Shown piece after piece: positions 45,318-56,423 of a DNA stretch of 64,000 bases. Every line of letters starts with the position of its first letter. Within the stretch, counting starts at the first letter, position 1. The notes beneath the pieces are model-generated. The model did not search any database. It saw nothing but the letters and a program-made list of their open reading frames with translations, and was not told the origin of the DNA. The translations under genes and the position numbers were made by a program. Source of the stretch: Patescibacteria group bacterium (GTDB taxonomy: Bacteria; Patescibacteriota; Minisyncoccia; Phycocordibacterales; UBA9973); the NCBI GenBank assembly GCA_038061925.1, contig JBBTYD010000005.1:13477-77476 (forward strand). The letters run 5' to 3'.

Positions 45318-47492
45318 TTACTTTCGAGTGGCAATAATGGTTTCCGCCACATTATTAGGCACGACATCATAACGGAAAAATTCCATCGTAAAACTTGCCC
45401 GGCCTTCGGTCATCGAACGAAGTCCGGTCATATATCCAAACATTTCAGAAAGAGGCACGAGGGCGCGAATAACTTTATTCATTCCTCTATCTTCCATTCC
45501 TTCAATCAGCGCTCTCTTAGAAGAAAGATTCCCGGTGACGTCTCCCATAAATTTATCCGGAGTGATCACTTCCACTTTCATCATCGGCTCGAGGATCACC
45601 GGATTGGCTCTGCGACATGCGTCTTGCACCGCCATCGATGAGGCAATTTTGAACGCCATTTCGTTTGAGTCAACTTCATGATAACTTCCATCCCAAAGCT
45701 CCACTGAGACATTTACTATTTTAAATCCAGCCAACACTCCCCTGTCTAATCCTTCCTTGAATCCTTTTTCACAAGGTGCGATATATTCTTGCGGAATTAC
45801 CCCTCCTTTAATAGTGTTCACAAACTCAAATCCGGTAGATCTCTTGGTATTTTTAGGCAAGTCTTCCAACTCTTCTTTCGTTAACACTTCCATCGGTTTG
45901 ACTCTTATTTTCACGTGTCCGTAGTTTCCGCGTCCGCCCGACTGCTTGATATATTTTCCTTCTGCTTCTGCGTTGCCACTAATCGTCTCTCGATAAGCCA
46001 CTTGGGGCTTGCCGACATTTGCTTCCACGGTAAATTCACGTTTCATTCGGTCCACAATAATTTCCAAATGTAATTCTCCCATACCAGCGATGATCGTTTC
46101 CCCTGTTTCTTGATCGGTGCTTACTTTAAAAGTAGGGTCTTCTTGAGCAAGCCTATTTAAAGCCATTCCCATTTTTTCTTGATCCGCTTTTGTCTTTGGT
46201 TCGATGCGAAGCGATATAACTGGTTCCGGAAAAACAATTCTGTCTAGAATGATTGGATTGTTTTCGTCGCAAATAGTGTCTGAAGTTATTGTGTCCTTCA
46301 GACCCACCGCAGCGGCTATTTCTCCGGCAAAAACTTTCTTTACTTCTTCTCGGTCGTTCGCATGCATTCTCAAAATTCGGCCAATGCGTTCTTTGTTGCG
46401 CGTGCGCGGATTATAGATATAACTGCCAGCGGTCAATGTTCCAGAATAGACGCGGAAGAAAATAAGTTGACCAACAAACGGGTCGGTTGCGACCTTGAAA
46501 GCAAGCGCGGAAAAAGGTTCAACGTCCGAGGCGTTTCGAGTAATCACTGCATCATCATTGTTCGGATCAATGCCTGAGATTGCGCGAATATCGGTGGGAG
46601 CTGGCAGATAGTCTATGACTGCGTCGAGCACTAGCTGAACGCCTTTATTTTTTAAAGCAGAACCGGCAAAAACTGGAAAAATTTTATTTGCGATAACGGC
46701 CTGACGAAGAATTTTCTTTAACACCTCAAAACTAGGGATCATTCCTTCCAGGTATTCTGTCATTATAATTTCGTCTGTTTCAACTATTTTTTCAATTAAT
46801 TTGGAATGGTATTTCTTTGCATCAGCCAACAAACTTTCAGGGATCTCTTTTTCAATAACTTGATTACCCATTTCTCCCTCAAAATAGTATGCCTTCATCC
46901 GAAGCAAATCGATAACTCCTTCAAACTTTTCTTCCAAACCGATGGGGATTTGCGCTCGCACAGCCTTCTTGCTCAGTCTATCTAAAATAGTCGTGTATGA
47001 ATGTTCAAAATCAGCGCCAGTTCTGTCTAATTTGTTTATAAAACAAATCCGAGGAACTTTCGCCTCATCCGCATAACGCCAGTTTGTTTCAGACTGAGGT
47101 TCCACGCCAGCCACTCCATCAAAAACAACCACGGCGCCATCCAAAACACGCAAAGAGCGTTTTACTTCTACTGTAAAATCAATGTGCCCAGGAGTATCTA
47201 TAATATTAAAACGGTGCTTGAACTTGGATTTTGCATCCGCCTTCGCTAAGGCTTCGGCGGACACGTAGGTGGGTGTCCAAAAACATGTCACTGCGGCGGC
47301 GGTAATTGTAATTCCACGTTCTTTCTCTTGCTCCATCCAGTCCGTCGTTGTGTTTCCTTCATGCACTTCACCAATTTTATGTGATACCCCGGTATAAAAA
47401 AGAACCCGTTCAGTGGTGGTCGTTTTACCTGCGTCAATATGCGCGATAATTCCAAAATTTCTAACTTTTTCCAGAGGATAATCTCGTTCCAT
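45318..47492 (-). CDS. fusA: Elongation factor G
   Basis: G1 [14 protein letters not shown]3 DTPGH, G4 NKLD and five-domain length. Downstream of rpsG. Confidence 0.9.
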   Translation of the reverse strand: MERDYPLEKVRNFGIIAHIDAGKTTTTERVLFYTGVSHKIGEVHEGNTTTDWMEQEKERGITITAAAVTCFWTPTYVSAEALAKADAKSKFKHRFNIIDTPGHIDFTVEVKRSLRVLDGAVVVFDGVAGVEPQSETNWRYADEAKVPRICFINKLDRTGADFEHSYTTILDRLSKKAVRAQIPIGLEEKFEGVIDLLRMKAYYFEGEMGNQVIEKEIPESLLADAKKYHSKLIEKIVETDEIIMTEYLEGMIPSFEVLKKILRQAVIANKIFPVFAGSALKNKGVQLVLDAVIDYLPAPTDIRAISGIDPNNDDAVITRNASDVEPFSALAFKVATDPFVGQLIFFRVYSGTLTAGSYIYNPRTRNKERIGRILRMHANDREEVKKVFAGEIAAAVGLKDTITSDTICDENNPIILDRIVFPEPVISLRIEPKTKADQEKMGMALNRLAQEDPTFKVSTDQETGETIIAGMGELHLEIIVDRMKREFTVEANVGKPQVAYRETISGNAEAEGKYIKQSGGRGNYGHVKIRVKPMEVLTKEELEDLPKNTKRSTGFEFVNTIKGGVIPQEYIAPCEKGFKEGLDRGVLAGFKIVNVSVELWDGSYHEVDSNEMAFKIASSMAVQDACRRANPVILEPMMKVEVITPDKFMGDVTGNLSSKRALIEGMEDRGMNKVIRALVPLSEMFGYMTGLRSMTEGRASFTMEFFRYDVVPNNVAETIIATRK

Positions 47493-47501
47493 ATAATTTT
47501 T

Positions 47502-47972
47502 CTACCAAGCAAAATGGGCAAAAGCTTTATTAGCCTCGGCCATTTTGTGTGTATCTTCTTTCTTTTTTATGGCGGAACCTTCGTTCTTGGAAGCAGCGAT
47601 CAATTCATCAGCGAGTTTCAAGTGCATCGGCTTGCCCTTACCGCCGCGAGCGGCATCCCGAATCCAGCGCATAGCCAAAGCGAGTCTTCTTTCCGGTCGC
47701 ACTTCAATAGGTATCTGATAGTTGGCGCCTCCGATACGCTTTGAACGGACTTCGGTTGAAGGGCCGGCGTTTTTCATCGCTAAATCAAAAATCTCCAGCG
47801 GATTTGGATTGCCTGTTTTTTCTTTAATCACATCAAAAGTCGCATACATAACCTTTCGAGCAGTTTCTTTTTTTCCAGACCACATAATGTAATTAATAAA
47901 CTTCTCTAATTTTTGAGAATTGTAAATAAAATCAGGCTGGACTATATTTCTTTTTTTAACTTTTCTTCGCAT
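47502..47972 (-). CDS. rpsG: 30S ribosomal protein S7
   Basis: 156 aa with a typical S7 N-terminus and conserved core. Confidence 0.9.
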   Translation of the reverse strand: MRRKVKKRNIVQPDFIYNSQKLEKFINYIMWSGKKETARKVMYATFDVIKEKTGNPNPLEIFDLAMKNAGPSTEVRSKRIGGANYQIPIEVRPERRLALAMRWIRDAARGGKGKPMHLKLADELIAASKNEGSAIKKKEDTHKMAEANKAFAHFAW

Positions 47973-48006
47973 TTTACTTTAGGAACTTTTTAATTTTATA
48001 AACTTT

Positions 48007-48432
48007 TTACTTTTTTGCTTCTTTTGGTTTCTTATTTCCATAAAGCGATCTGCCCTGTTTCCTCTTTTCAACCCCCTGGGTGTCTAAAACTCCCCGCACA
48101 ATATGATACCTTACTCCAATTAGGTCTTTCACTCGTCCCCCGCGAATCAGAACCACCGAGTGTTCTTGCAAATTATGTCCCTCGCCGGGAATATAAGCCG
48201 TAACTTCCATGCCGTTCGTTAATCTAACTCTCGCAATTTTTCGAAGAGCCGAGTTTGGCTTCTTTGGAGTGGTGGTGGAAACTTTTGTGCAAACACCGCG
48301 CTTAAAAGGACTGGAAAAAAATATGGGTCTATTTTTCAGAACGTTAAATCCTCGCGTCAAAGCAACCGTCTTGTCTTTGGGATGGGCTTTAACTCTATTC
48401 TTTTTAATTAATTGGTTGATTGTTGGCATCAA
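48007..48432 (-). CDS. rpsL: 30S ribosomal protein S12
   Basis: [10 protein letters not shown]...[17 protein letters not shown], the canonical S12 sequence. Confidence 0.9.
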   Translation of the reverse strand: MMPTINQLIKKNRVKAHPKDKTVALTRGFNVLKNRPIFFSSPFKRGVCTKVSTTTPKKPNSALRKIARVRLTNGMEVTAYIPGEGHNLQEHSVVLIRGGRVKDLIGVRYHIVRGVLDTQGVEKRKQGRSLYGNKKPKEAKK

Positions 48433-48505
48433 ACTTGATTCAAATTTAACTATCCAAATAAAATAGCACCCAATAAGACATAGGCACTATGAGCATAATA
48501 TACTA

Positions 48506-49135
48506 TTAAATAAAGTAAAACGCAAGACCCGTAAGAAGATGAAAAAGAAATATCAATATAGGCGTTAAATAGCTGGAAAAGAAAACAATAAAAATTAATA
48601 GTAAAATTAGCGAGTATTGCTCATAAGCGAGAATAAAAGAAAAAGCTGATTTGGGTAAAAAAGAAAAAAGTATTTTAGAACCATCCAGAGGCGGGATTGG
48701 AATCAGGTTGAATATTCCCAAAGCAAGATTTACCATAACGATTATAGAGGTTATAAAATAAAAACCAGTTGGCAAAGAGAGACCGGAAGTAAAACGAATG
48801 ATGATTCCAAATATAATAGCTATTCCTATATTCGCTAGAATTCCAGCCGAGGCCACGGCTATCGTTCCTCGCTTTTTATCACTCAAATTATTCGGATTAT
48901 ACGGCACTGGTTTTGCCCAACCAAACAAAAAAGGAGAATGTGTTAAAACCAAAAGTATCGGCAAAAGAACCGAGCCGAAAAAATCTAGGTGCGCCAGCGG
49001 GTTCAGAGTCAGACGACCGGCGTGACGCGCAGTTTTGTCGCCGAAACGTTCAGCCACAAAACCGTGTGAAATTTCGTGAATCACGACGGACATAATTAAT
49101 ATGACTATATAGAAAACAGCGTCTTTTGCTTGCAT
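48506..49135 (-). CDS. M50-family (site-2 protease-like) zinc metalloprotease, membrane-embedded
   Basis: HEISH zinc motif in the first TM, a later LDG motif and multiple TM helices. Confidence 0.65.
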   Translation of the reverse strand: MQAKDAVFYIVILIMSVVIHEISHGFVAERFGDKTARHAGRLTLNPLAHLDFFGSVLLPILLVLTHSPFLFGWAKPVPYNPNNLSDKKRGTIAVASAGILANIGIAIIFGIIIRFTSGLSLPTGFYFITSIIVMVNLALGIFNLIPIPPLDGSKILFSFLPKSAFSFILAYEQYSLILLLIFIVFFSSYLTPILIFLFHLLTGLAFYFI

Positions 49136-49167
49136 AATGTTGTCTGTAATGATAGCATAAAAAAATC

Positions 49168-49416
49168 ATGACGAAAATATGCGCGATAACAAAAAAAGGT
49201 TCAATTATGGGAGGCGGATATTCCAACCGAACTCGCGCCACCCAATTCAATCCGACTGGCAAAGTGCGAAAACATCTCAATCTTCAAAAGAAGAGAATTT
49301 TTATTCCGGAAATCAACAAATTTTTAAACATAGAAGTTTCTGTGCAAGGTATGCGCACAATGAAAAAGAATGGCGTCTATGCCACTCTACTTAAAGCTGG
49401 ATTAATAAAATCCTAA
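49168..49416 (+). CDS. rpmB: 50S ribosomal protein L28
   Basis: C..TKK....G...S......F.PN and VSVQGMRTMKKNG match the L28 family. Confidence 0.75.
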   Translation: MTKICAITKKGSIMGGGYSNRTRATQFNPTGKVRKHLNLQKKRIFIPEINKFLNIEVSVQGMRTMKKNGVYATLLKAGLIKS

Positions 49417-50486
49417 GCTGGAATAAAAGTGAGTGCGGTGCCTTTCTTGCCGGAACGGCCGGTTCGGCCGATGCGGTGCACATAGGTGTCGTAAGTTTGT
49501 GGCACATCATAATTTATAACGTGCGTAACATCTGGAATGTCTAATCCCCTGGCGGCCACATCGGTTGCAATTAATATCATGATGTGATCTTTTTTAAATG
49601 ATTCGAGTATCCGAATGCGTTCTCGGCTTCTCTTGTTGCCATGAATGCCGCCGACTTTAAATCCGAGCGCGTGCAATTCTTTAGCCAAAGAGTCCACACT
49701 GTGTTTCATCTCGCGGAAAATTAAAATTTTATTTGAACCATCTTTTTTTAAAACTTCACGTAGTTTTTCTAATTTTTCTTCCTTGTTCCTTACCCGAATC
49801 ACGTCTTGGTCAATATTTTTTGCCGTCTCTCCGGAGATTACCGAAATGAAAACCGGTTCTTTTAAATATTGCTCTGTTAATTTCTTGATATCGGGAGAAA
49901 GAGTCGCAGAGAAGAAAAGCGTCTGGCGTTTTTTGGGAGTTTTACCAATTATATAAATCATATCATCTCGAAATCCCATATCCAACATACGATCCGCCTC
50001 ATCTAGGACTACACTTTGACAGGCAGACAAATCTAAAACTTTTCGATCAATAAGATCTCGAAGGCGTCCGGGTGTGCCGATAACAAACGATACCCCGAGT
50101 TTTATTTCTCTGATTTGTTTCATTATCGGCAGTCCTCCTACGCAAGCCACAGAAAACATTCCGAATCCAAAAGCCAGATTTTTAAAATCGCTTTCTATCT
50201 GGAGCGCAAGTTCTCTGGTCGGCGCCATTATTAAAACCGTTTCTCTTTTAGCTTGCCCTTTAGTTTTTGAAATTTTTTCAATCAGAGGCAAAAGAAAAGC
50301 CGCCGTCTTGCCAGTACCGGTATTAGCCATACCAAAAATATCCTTGCCCAAAAGGATTGTCGGTATGGCTTGATCTTGAATGGGTCTAGGATTTTCAAAT
50401 CCAACCCTTTTGATATTTTTGTGAAGTTGTGGGCTAAAAGGAAAATCCGCAAAGCGATGTCTGGATATGTAGGGTTTTTCCTCCAC
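49413..50486 (-). CDS. DEAD-box ATP-dependent RNA helicase
   Basis: Q motif, motif [22 protein letters not shown] ([10 protein letters not shown]), SAT and HRIGRTGR. Confidence 0.85.
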   Translation of the reverse strand: MEEKPYISRHRFADFPFSPQLHKNIKRVGFENPRPIQDQAIPTILLGKDIFGMANTGTGKTAAFLLPLIEKISKTKGQAKRETVLIMAPTRELALQIESDFKNLAFGFGMFSVACVGGLPIMKQIREIKLGVSFVIGTPGRLRDLIDRKVLDLSACQSVVLDEADRMLDMGFRDDMIYIIGKTPKKRQTLFFSATLSPDIKKLTEQYLKEPVFISVISGETAKNIDQDVIRVRNKEEKLEKLREVLKKDGSNKILIFREMKHSVDSLAKELHALGFKVGGIHGNKRSRERIRILESFKKDHIMILIATDVAARGLDIPDVTHVINYDVPQTYDTYVHRIGRTGRSGKKGTALTFIPA

Positions 50487-50705
50487 CTGAATACCCTTTT
50501 TGATAAAACGAGAAAAATCAATCCGTTCACCTCTTCGGACTGGTTTTTTAAAGTTCCTATTTCTTTTTCGTGCAAAACTTTGTGCAAAGCGAGAATGAGA
50601 ACTTTTATTGAGTTTTCTGTAAACGTAAGTTATAATTTAAGTATAGCATTTTGTAAAAAGTTTGTCAATGTTTTATTAATCTTCCAAAAAACATATAATG
50701 AAAAT

Positions 50706-51686
50706 ATGGATAAAAAACTTACTGGTAAACACGCAGACGAATCATACTTAGACCTATTGGAGCATATAATGAAAAATGGCGCAACCAAGACCGATCGCAC
50801 CGGGACAGGAACAAAAAGCATATTTGGATATCAAATGAGATTCAATCTTGCCGACGGTTTCCCTCTTTTGACCACCAAAAAAATGCCAATTAAATCTCTA
50901 ATTCATGAACTCTTATGGTTCATGCGAGGTGATACTAATTTGAAATATTTAGCAGATAATAACGTCCATCTTTGGGATGAATGGCCATATAAAGCATATT
51001 TAATAAGGAATAAAATTAAGGTGCCAAAAACTAATTCTGAAGAATGGAGTACTGGTATCAAAGAATTCGTAGAAAAAATAAAAACTGAAAAAAATTTTGC
51101 GAAAGATTATGGAAATTTGGGACCGATTTATGGATATCAGTGGCGGAGTTGGCCCGCTTACGCTGAAGCTTCGGCGGGTCAGCCAGCTCACAAATATTAT
51201 ATTGATCAATTAAAAAACGTGATAGAGGAAATTAAAAAAAATCCAGATTCGCGCCGGCTGATTGTTTCGGCTTGGAACGTAGCGGATATAGAAGAGATGG
51301 CGAAAGCCGGACTGCCTCCCTGCCATTCCTTATTTCAGTTTTATGTCATTAATAAAAAGTTATCTTGTCAACTTTATCAGCGTTCTGGTGATACGTTTTT
51401 AGGTGTCCCCCTCAATATCGCTTCTTATTCTTTGCTGACTATGATTATCGCGCAAATTTGCGGACTGGAATTGGGAGAATTCGTCTGGACTGGCGGTGAT
51501 GTGCATTTATATTTAAATCATTTAGAACAAGCAAAATTACAACTTTCTCGACGTAATGATATTCGCCCATTGCCGAAAATAAAAATAAATCCTCAAAAAA
51601 ATAAATTGGAAGATTTCACGATAGAAGATTTTGAATTAATTGATTATCATCCGCAGGAAGCCATAAAAGCGCCCATTGCCGTATAA
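50706..51686 (+). CDS. thyA: Thymidylate synthase (ThyA, long form with insertion)
   Basis: [33 protein letters not shown]...FPLLTTKK and the catalytic LPPCH. The start was reassigned to ATG at 50706. The ORF-track start at 50370 adds 112 residues of non-homologous sequence overlapping the DEAD helicase gene. Confidence 0.85.
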   Translation: MDKKLTGKHADESYLDLLEHIMKNGATKTDRTGTGTKSIFGYQMRFNLADGFPLLTTKKMPIKSLIHELLWFMRGDTNLKYLADNNVHLWDEWPYKAYLIRNKIKVPKTNSEEWSTGIKEFVEKIKTEKNFAKDYGNLGPIYGYQWRSWPAYAEASAGQPAHKYYIDQLKNVIEEIKKNPDSRRLIVSAWNVADIEEMAKAGLPPCHSLFQFYVINKKLSCQLYQRSGDTFLGVPLNIASYSLLTMIIAQICGLELGEFVWTGGDVHLYLNHLEQAKLQLSRRNDIRPLPKIKINPQKNKLEDFTIEDFELIDYHPQEAIKAPIAV

Positions 51687-51696
51687 TAATGATATT

Positions 51697-52185
51697 ATGA
51701 TTTCACTAATAGCGGCCATTGGTAAAAATAATGAACTCGGAAAAGGCAATGCTTTACTCTGGCATATGCCGGCCGATCTGAAACATTTTAGGAAGGTTAC
51801 TTTATTACATCCGGTGGTGATGGGCAGAAAAACTTTCGAAAGTATTGGAAAACCATTACCTAATAGGAGAAATATCGTGATTACCCGAGATGCAAATTAC
51901 AAAAAAGCGGGAGTTGAAATCGTTCATTCTTTAGCTGGAGCGCTTGATTTATTTTCTGACAAAAATGAAGAGATTTTTATAATTGGTGGGGCGGAAATAT
52001 ACAAACAAACTATGCCGATTGCTGACAAACTCTATATAACTCACATCGAAGCTGAAGACAAAAAGGCAGATGCCTTTTTCCCGAAAATTAATGAGAACGA
52101 ATGGCGAGAAACTTCACACGAAGAACATCAATCAAATGAAAAAAATATTTTCTCGTATATTTTTTCGATTTACGAAAAAATCTAA
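51697..52185 (+). CDS. folA: Dihydrofolate reductase
   Basis: MISLIAAIGKNNELG...LPW...DL..F...T....VVMGRKTFESIG.PLPNRRNIV. The start is 51697 or 51676. Overlaps the thyA end. Confidence 0.8.
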   Translation: MISLIAAIGKNNELGKGNALLWHMPADLKHFRKVTLLHPVVMGRKTFESIGKPLPNRRNIVITRDANYKKAGVEIVHSLAGALDLFSDKNEEIFIIGGAEIYKQTMPIADKLYITHIEAEDKKADAFFPKINENEWRETSHEEHQSNEKNIFSYIFSIYEKI

Positions 52186-52538
52186 GGATCCTTATCGGTT
52201 TTAATACGAATAAAAATATCTTTACCCTCGGGGGATTTTTCTTTTTTATATTTTCTATTTTTATTTTTTTCTATCTTTTCGATTAGTTCCTTTTCCAAAT
52301 TAAAACCCATTTTTTCGCACATCCCAAGAATAAATATCATCACATCCGCAAATTCTTCAGCCACCCCAGGCCGATTTCTGTTGTGTTTAGAAAACGCTTC
52401 AGAAAGTTCTTCATACGCCCGACAAAACTCCAGCGCGATATCAGTCGTGTTAAAACCTTTTTCCAGTTTATTTCTCATCACCTCTTTTTGCAATTTTTTC
52501 AAATCCACCATAAAATTATTGGTCTTTATACGATTCAA
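52182..52538 (-). CDS. MazG-like nucleoside triphosphate pyrophosphohydrolase
   Basis: All-alpha NTP-PPase motif: EL.EA......EEFADVMIFILGMCEKMGFNLE. Confidence 0.6.
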   Translation of the reverse strand: MNRIKTNNFMVDLKKLQKEVMRNKLEKGFNTTDIALEFCRAYEELSEAFSKHNRNRPGVAEEFADVMIFILGMCEKMGFNLEKELIEKIEKNKNRKYKKEKSPEGKDIFIRIKTDKDP

Positions 52539-53010
52539 TTTTCTTATTTACAACTTCTAACTCTACTCCGGCTTTTTTAAAAACTATTTTTGATTGTTGG
52601 GTTGCGTGATAATCTTTCAAAGCAACCACTCTTTTGATGCCCGCGTTTATAATTGTTTTGGCGCAAGTATAACAAGGAACCATTTTACAATAAAGTGTTG
52701 ATTGACTAATCGCCACCCCGCAACGCGCGGCATTGGCGATGGCATTTAATTCCGCGTGAGCGGTCCTCAGACAATGACGAGAGATTGTTCCATCATCTCC
52801 GGTGACAGTATGCATTTCATGTCCAACATCGTCGCAATGCGGTAAACCTATAGGCGAACCCACATATCCAGTCGCCAGGATTCGCTTGTCTTTAACCAAA
52901 ATTGCGCCTGAACGGCCACGTTCGCAAGTGCCACGCGAACCAATTATATCAATCATTTGAACAAAATATTCATCCCAGGATAACCTTTTATGTTTTGTAA
53001 CTTTTTTCAT
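52516..53010 (-). CDS. dCMP deaminase (cytidine/deoxycytidylate deaminase family)
   Basis: Zinc motifs HAELNAI and PCYTCAKTIINAGI. Length and context fit dCMP deaminase. Confidence 0.75.
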   Translation of the reverse strand: MKKVTKHKRLSWDEYFVQMIDIIGSRGTCERGRSGAILVKDKRILATGYVGSPIGLPHCDDVGHEMHTVTGDDGTISRHCLRTAHAELNAIANAARCGVAISQSTLYCKMVPCYTCAKTIINAGIKRVVALKDYHATQQSKIVFKKAGVELEVVNKKIESYKDQ

Positions 53011-53041
53011 TTCTTTAATATACTCCCAAGAATCTAAAAAT

Positions 53042-54058
53042 TCAATCCGCGTCTTTTTTCCCGAGCGCTTGGAGAACTTTCAAATACATTGCTTCAACAA
53101 TCTTCTGCTGTTTTCTACCCGTCGTTACATAGTGATCTAGCCCGGGCGCAGAGTTGATTTCAATAATATAATAGTCGCAACTTTTCGGGTCTTTTTTAAT
53201 ATTCCCTTCTGTTACCATGATATCCACTCCAGAAATACGTAGCCCCATATCTCTAGTGAGGTCTATGGCAATTTTTTTAAAGTTGGGATGAATAGTATTG
53301 GTGACGTCGGAAGAATCGCCGCCAGCAGACAAATTAGCATTATCCAGCAAATAGATTTTTTTATCTTTTGGTAAAATGCTGTTTAAAGTATAACCAGTAT
53401 GTTTTAATTTTAATTTAATTTTCTTGTCTTTAAAATTTATTTTTGTATCGCGCCCCGATATAATAAAAAACTTCTGTTTTTGTTTTAGCAGTGTTCGGAT
53501 AGATTGTCGTCCGTCGCCTGTTACCGAAAGAGGTGAGCGTTCATAAGCGGAAATAACTTCTTTATCTAAAACTACAATTCGATAATCACGTCCCGGCAGA
53601 TATCGCTCCATAATAGCTACTTTATCTTCCTTGAAAATTTCTCGCAGATTCAGAATTAACTCTTTTTTATTCCACGCCAGACATACTCCGAAACCCTGAC
53701 TCTTGCTATTTGGTTTCACAATCACCGGATAGCCTAAGCGTTTGGCATAATTTAGCGCATAAGGAATCTTCCGATTGCTTTTAACTATCTTGGCCCAACT
53801 ATCTTTAAAAACTGTCTTACCTTCTGCGACTGGATAACCTCTCTTCTGCATAAAGAATTTAGCATAATCTTTATCCCGAGCGATATCGGAAGAAGCGATA
53901 TGATTGAGATCTAATGAATACATTCGAAGTGACCGCACCACGCCATTTTTATAAATTATCTGCGCGGCAATACTCCACTCTTTTTCCACAACAACTCTGG
54001 CACCAACCTTGGGGGCAAGTTTCATAACAAGTTTAGTTAAATATGGAAGCTTGTTCAT
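53042..54058 (-). CDS. ATP-grasp ligase (RimK/CofF/MptN-like or cyanophycin-synthetase-like amino-acid ligase)
   Basis: ATP-grasp fold features: KPNSKSQGFGV, ...LDNANLSAGGDSSDVT... and IIEINSAPGL. Overlaps the upstream CofE-like gene by 4 nt. Confidence 0.55.
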   Translation of the reverse strand: MNKLPYLTKLVMKLAPKVGARVVVEKEWSIAAQIIYKNGVVRSLRMYSLDLNHIASSDIARDKDYAKFFMQKRGYPVAEGKTVFKDSWAKIVKSNRKIPYALNYAKRLGYPVIVKPNSKSQGFGVCLAWNKKELILNLREIFKEDKVAIMERYLPGRDYRIVVLDKEVISAYERSPLSVTGDGRQSIRTLLKQKQKFFIISGRDTKINFKDKKIKLKLKHTGYTLNSILPKDKKIYLLDNANLSAGGDSSDVTNTIHPNFKKIAIDLTRDMGLRISGVDIMVTEGNIKKDPKSCDYYIIEINSAPGLDHYVTTGRKQQKIVEAMYLKVLQALGKKDAD

Positions 54059-54783
54059 TTTTTTCTTTTTAAGTTGGCAAAAAGCGGAGCGTAAATATCC
54101 TTTTTAGGGTCAATGATAAGTTCATTTCGCTTTATTTTATTGGTGAAAACAATTGGCGCTTCTCTTATTAAAGCGAGTGGTTGTCTTTCTTGACCTTCTC
54201 CCATGCAGAGCACCGCCGAAGTGGCGAGACTGTCCGCAATATTGGTTTTGGACATTCTTAATACTTTTCCAAAAATATCTTTTTGACCTATATAATTCTT
54301 AATGCCCCGAAAACCGGCATACCCCAGCGCTATCCCTAACGCTCCAGCGCGCAGGGGCATTAATCGCGAGTCGGTTATAATAATTCCCAAATTTTTCAGC
54401 CGGTAATTATGCATCAGTTTTTTTCGCAGAATTTCCGCGCGTTTCCAACTATTTTTTGGCAAGAGAATGAGTTTGCCATTTGCATTTGATTCATCAATGC
54501 CGGCCGAGGCGAGCATCATGCCATCTTTAATAGTCATCCAGACGATTTTAGTTTTTAGCGCAAAATCGCTTTCCTTCTTTAGGAGTTTAATTTTTTGGTT
54601 TATTCTTTCTCTGGTTTTTGCGTTTTTTTTATACTCTGAAGTCCTGCCTTCAGACAGAGATACTATTTTTGAAGTGATGACTAGAACAGATTTTTCGGGA
54701 AGTTTTTTTATATGTTTTAAAATAAATGAGAGCAAGTCTTCATTTTCTCGAAATATTCCAGTTTTTATAGCTTTAATTCGCAT
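54055..54783 (-). CDS. CofE-family gamma-glutamyl ligase (F420-0:gamma-glutamyl ligase-like, FolC2-like)
   Basis: Matches CofE blocks: VLVITSKIVSLSEGR, SAGIDESN, IIITDSRLMPLRAGALGIALGYAG, YIGQKDIFGKVL and IADSLATSAVLCMGEG. Confidence 0.75.
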   Translation of the reverse strand: MRIKAIKTGIFRENEDLLSFILKHIKKLPEKSVLVITSKIVSLSEGRTSEYKKNAKTRERINQKIKLLKKESDFALKTKIVWMTIKDGMMLASAGIDESNANGKLILLPKNSWKRAEILRKKLMHNYRLKNLGIIITDSRLMPLRAGALGIALGYAGFRGIKNYIGQKDIFGKVLRMSKTNIADSLATSAVLCMGEGQERQPLALIREAPIVFTNKIKRNELIIDPKKDIYAPLFANLKRKK

Positions 54784-55297
54784 TTTTATATTGTAATAAA
54801 ATAGTGCCTTGTTTATTAAGCTTCTTGATTGATTTTAAAACAAATTTGTGTTTTTTGAAAATAGCGCCAAAAAACATTGGAACACCAGTGGTAAAAACAT
54901 ACGGTTCAATAGTTACGAAAAGTTCATCCAACATTTTATTCAGGAGACAAAAATTATAAACCTTGGATCCGCCCAAGACTGCCACATTTTTATATTTTTT
55001 CTTTTGTAAAAATTTCTCTAAATTAGACTTTTGGGGGTTAAAGAAAATTACTGAGCCAACGGAAGAAAATTTCTGGACTTTAGAAGTTAAAACTATCGTG
55101 TCTCTCTTTTTAAGACGCGTTTCGGCTAATTTATAAGTATTGCGCCCGACAATTACAGCCTCCATTTTAGTTAGCGATTTTTGAAAAAAATTCCAGTCTG
55201 CCAGACTCGTCCAATTTGTCCCAGATTGACTATTTTGCGCTATGCGCCCGTCGATGCTGGAAGCGACAAAAGCCGTATACTTAATTTTTGTTGCCAT
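54773..55297 (-). CDS. RibD C-terminal domain / DHFR-like reductase family protein
   Basis: AFVASSIDGRIA...WTS..D..F......EAVIVGRNTY....L..R..IVLT and VAVLGGSKVY, the RibD_C pattern. Confidence 0.6.
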   Translation of the reverse strand: MATKIKYTAFVASSIDGRIAQNSQSGTNWTSLADWNFFQKSLTKMEAVIVGRNTYKLAETRLKKRDTIVLTSKVQKFSSVGSVIFFNPQKSNLEKFLQKKKYKNVAVLGGSKVYNFCLLNKMLDELFVTIEPYVFTTGVPMFFGAIFKKHKFVLKSIKKLNKQGTILLQYKNAN

Positions 55298-55928
55298 ATT
55301 TTCTTAAAATATGAATTCCTAAATATGAAAGAGGCGTGTAAAAAATTCCCATCACTACCTTATAAATCCACCATGGGATTATAATTAACAGTATTGTTTT
55401 TATGGGATAAACACCAATAAAAGCAATAGACATAAAGACAACTGTATCAAATAACTGGGACCAAATATTAGACAAATTGGAACGTAACCAAAAATACTTT
55501 TCACCAATATGTTTTTTAAAAAAGAAAAAAGAAAGAACATCTTGATATTCAGCAATAACAAAAGCAACGAGTGATGCTATGGCGAAACGTGCAGAAAGTC
55601 CGAAAATTTGGTTATAGCCGTTTTTTACCCAAAGGCCTTCGTGCGCCCAGGGCATAGCCGTAGAGATAAAAGAGTAAAGTAAAAAAAGCACGATACTTAA
55701 AAAACCAGCCATAACGAAATTGTTTGCCATCCGCTTACCATAAACTTCTCCAATCACATCCGTCATGATAAAAACTATTGGAAAAGAAAAAACCGCCACT
55801 GAAAGGTGCGTGCCAAAAAGAAAAGGCATTAGTTTTATCCCCAAAGTATTCGCGGCAAAAAGCGAACTGATATAAAGAGTCAAACAAATAAGAATTTTCT
55901 TATAATCTCGTTCAGTCAGTGTTTGCAT
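55281..55928 (-). CDS. YhhQ/VUT-family transporter (queuosine-precursor transporter-like)
   Basis: 6 TM helices. The motif FPIVFIMTDVIGEVYGKRMA is typical of the YhhQ (DUF165) family. Confidence 0.55.
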   Translation of the reverse strand: MQTLTERDYKKILICLTLYISSLFAANTLGIKLMPFLFGTHLSVAVFSFPIVFIMTDVIGEVYGKRMANNFVMAGFLSIVLFLLYSFISTAMPWAHEGLWVKNGYNQIFGLSARFAIASLVAFVIAEYQDVLSFFFFKKHIGEKYFWLRSNLSNIWSQLFDTVVFMSIAFIGVYPIKTILLIIIPWWIYKVVMGIFYTPLSYLGIHILRKYGNKN

Positions 55929-55978
55929 TTTTTTTATTTTTATTCTTTAACCTCTACTCCTTACAGGAATAGAAGCGC

Positions 55979-56401
55979 TTAGCGCACATCTATGCCCATT
56001 GACCGAGCCGAACCAACGATGATCCGGATTGCTCCTTCGTCATCCTTAGCGTTCAAATCTGGCATTTTTTTCTTCGCTATTTCCAGAGCTTGTATGCGAG
56101 TTATCTTTCCAGCCTTAGTAATGGTATTCTTACCTGAACCTTTCTCTATTCCTGCCGCTTTCAAGATAAGCCCGCTGACTGGAGGAGTTTTTACGACGAA
56201 ATCATAACTGCGATCTTCATAGACCGTAATTAAAACTCCAACTTTATCTCCTGCCATTTTAGCTGTTTGGGCGTTGAACTTAGTGACAAAGTCTCCGATA
56301 TTGATTCCCGCCTGACCGAGCGCTGGTCCCAAAGGAGGCGCCGGAGTAGCCTTCGCAGCCTGAATTTGGAGTTTTATTTTTTTTGTTATTTTTTTTGCCA
56401 T
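55979..56401 (-). CDS. rplK: 50S ribosomal protein L11
   Basis: [27 protein letters not shown], the canonical L11 sequence. Confidence 0.9.
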   Translation of the reverse strand: MAKKITKKIKLQIQAAKATPAPPLGPALGQAGINIGDFVTKFNAQTAKMAGDKVGVLITVYEDRSYDFVVKTPPVSGLILKAAGIEKGSGKNTITKAGKITRIQALEIAKKKMPDLNAKDDEGAIRIIVGSARSMGIDVR

Positions 56402-56423
56402 ATATTTATTAGGTTAGATTAAC

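Noticed and set aside
50370-50705. 112-codon N-terminal extension of the thyA ORF in the ORF track
   Set aside because: The extension has no homology to thymidylate synthases, overlaps the DEAD-box helicase gene on the other strand, and the conserved ThyA N-terminus begins at ATG 50706.
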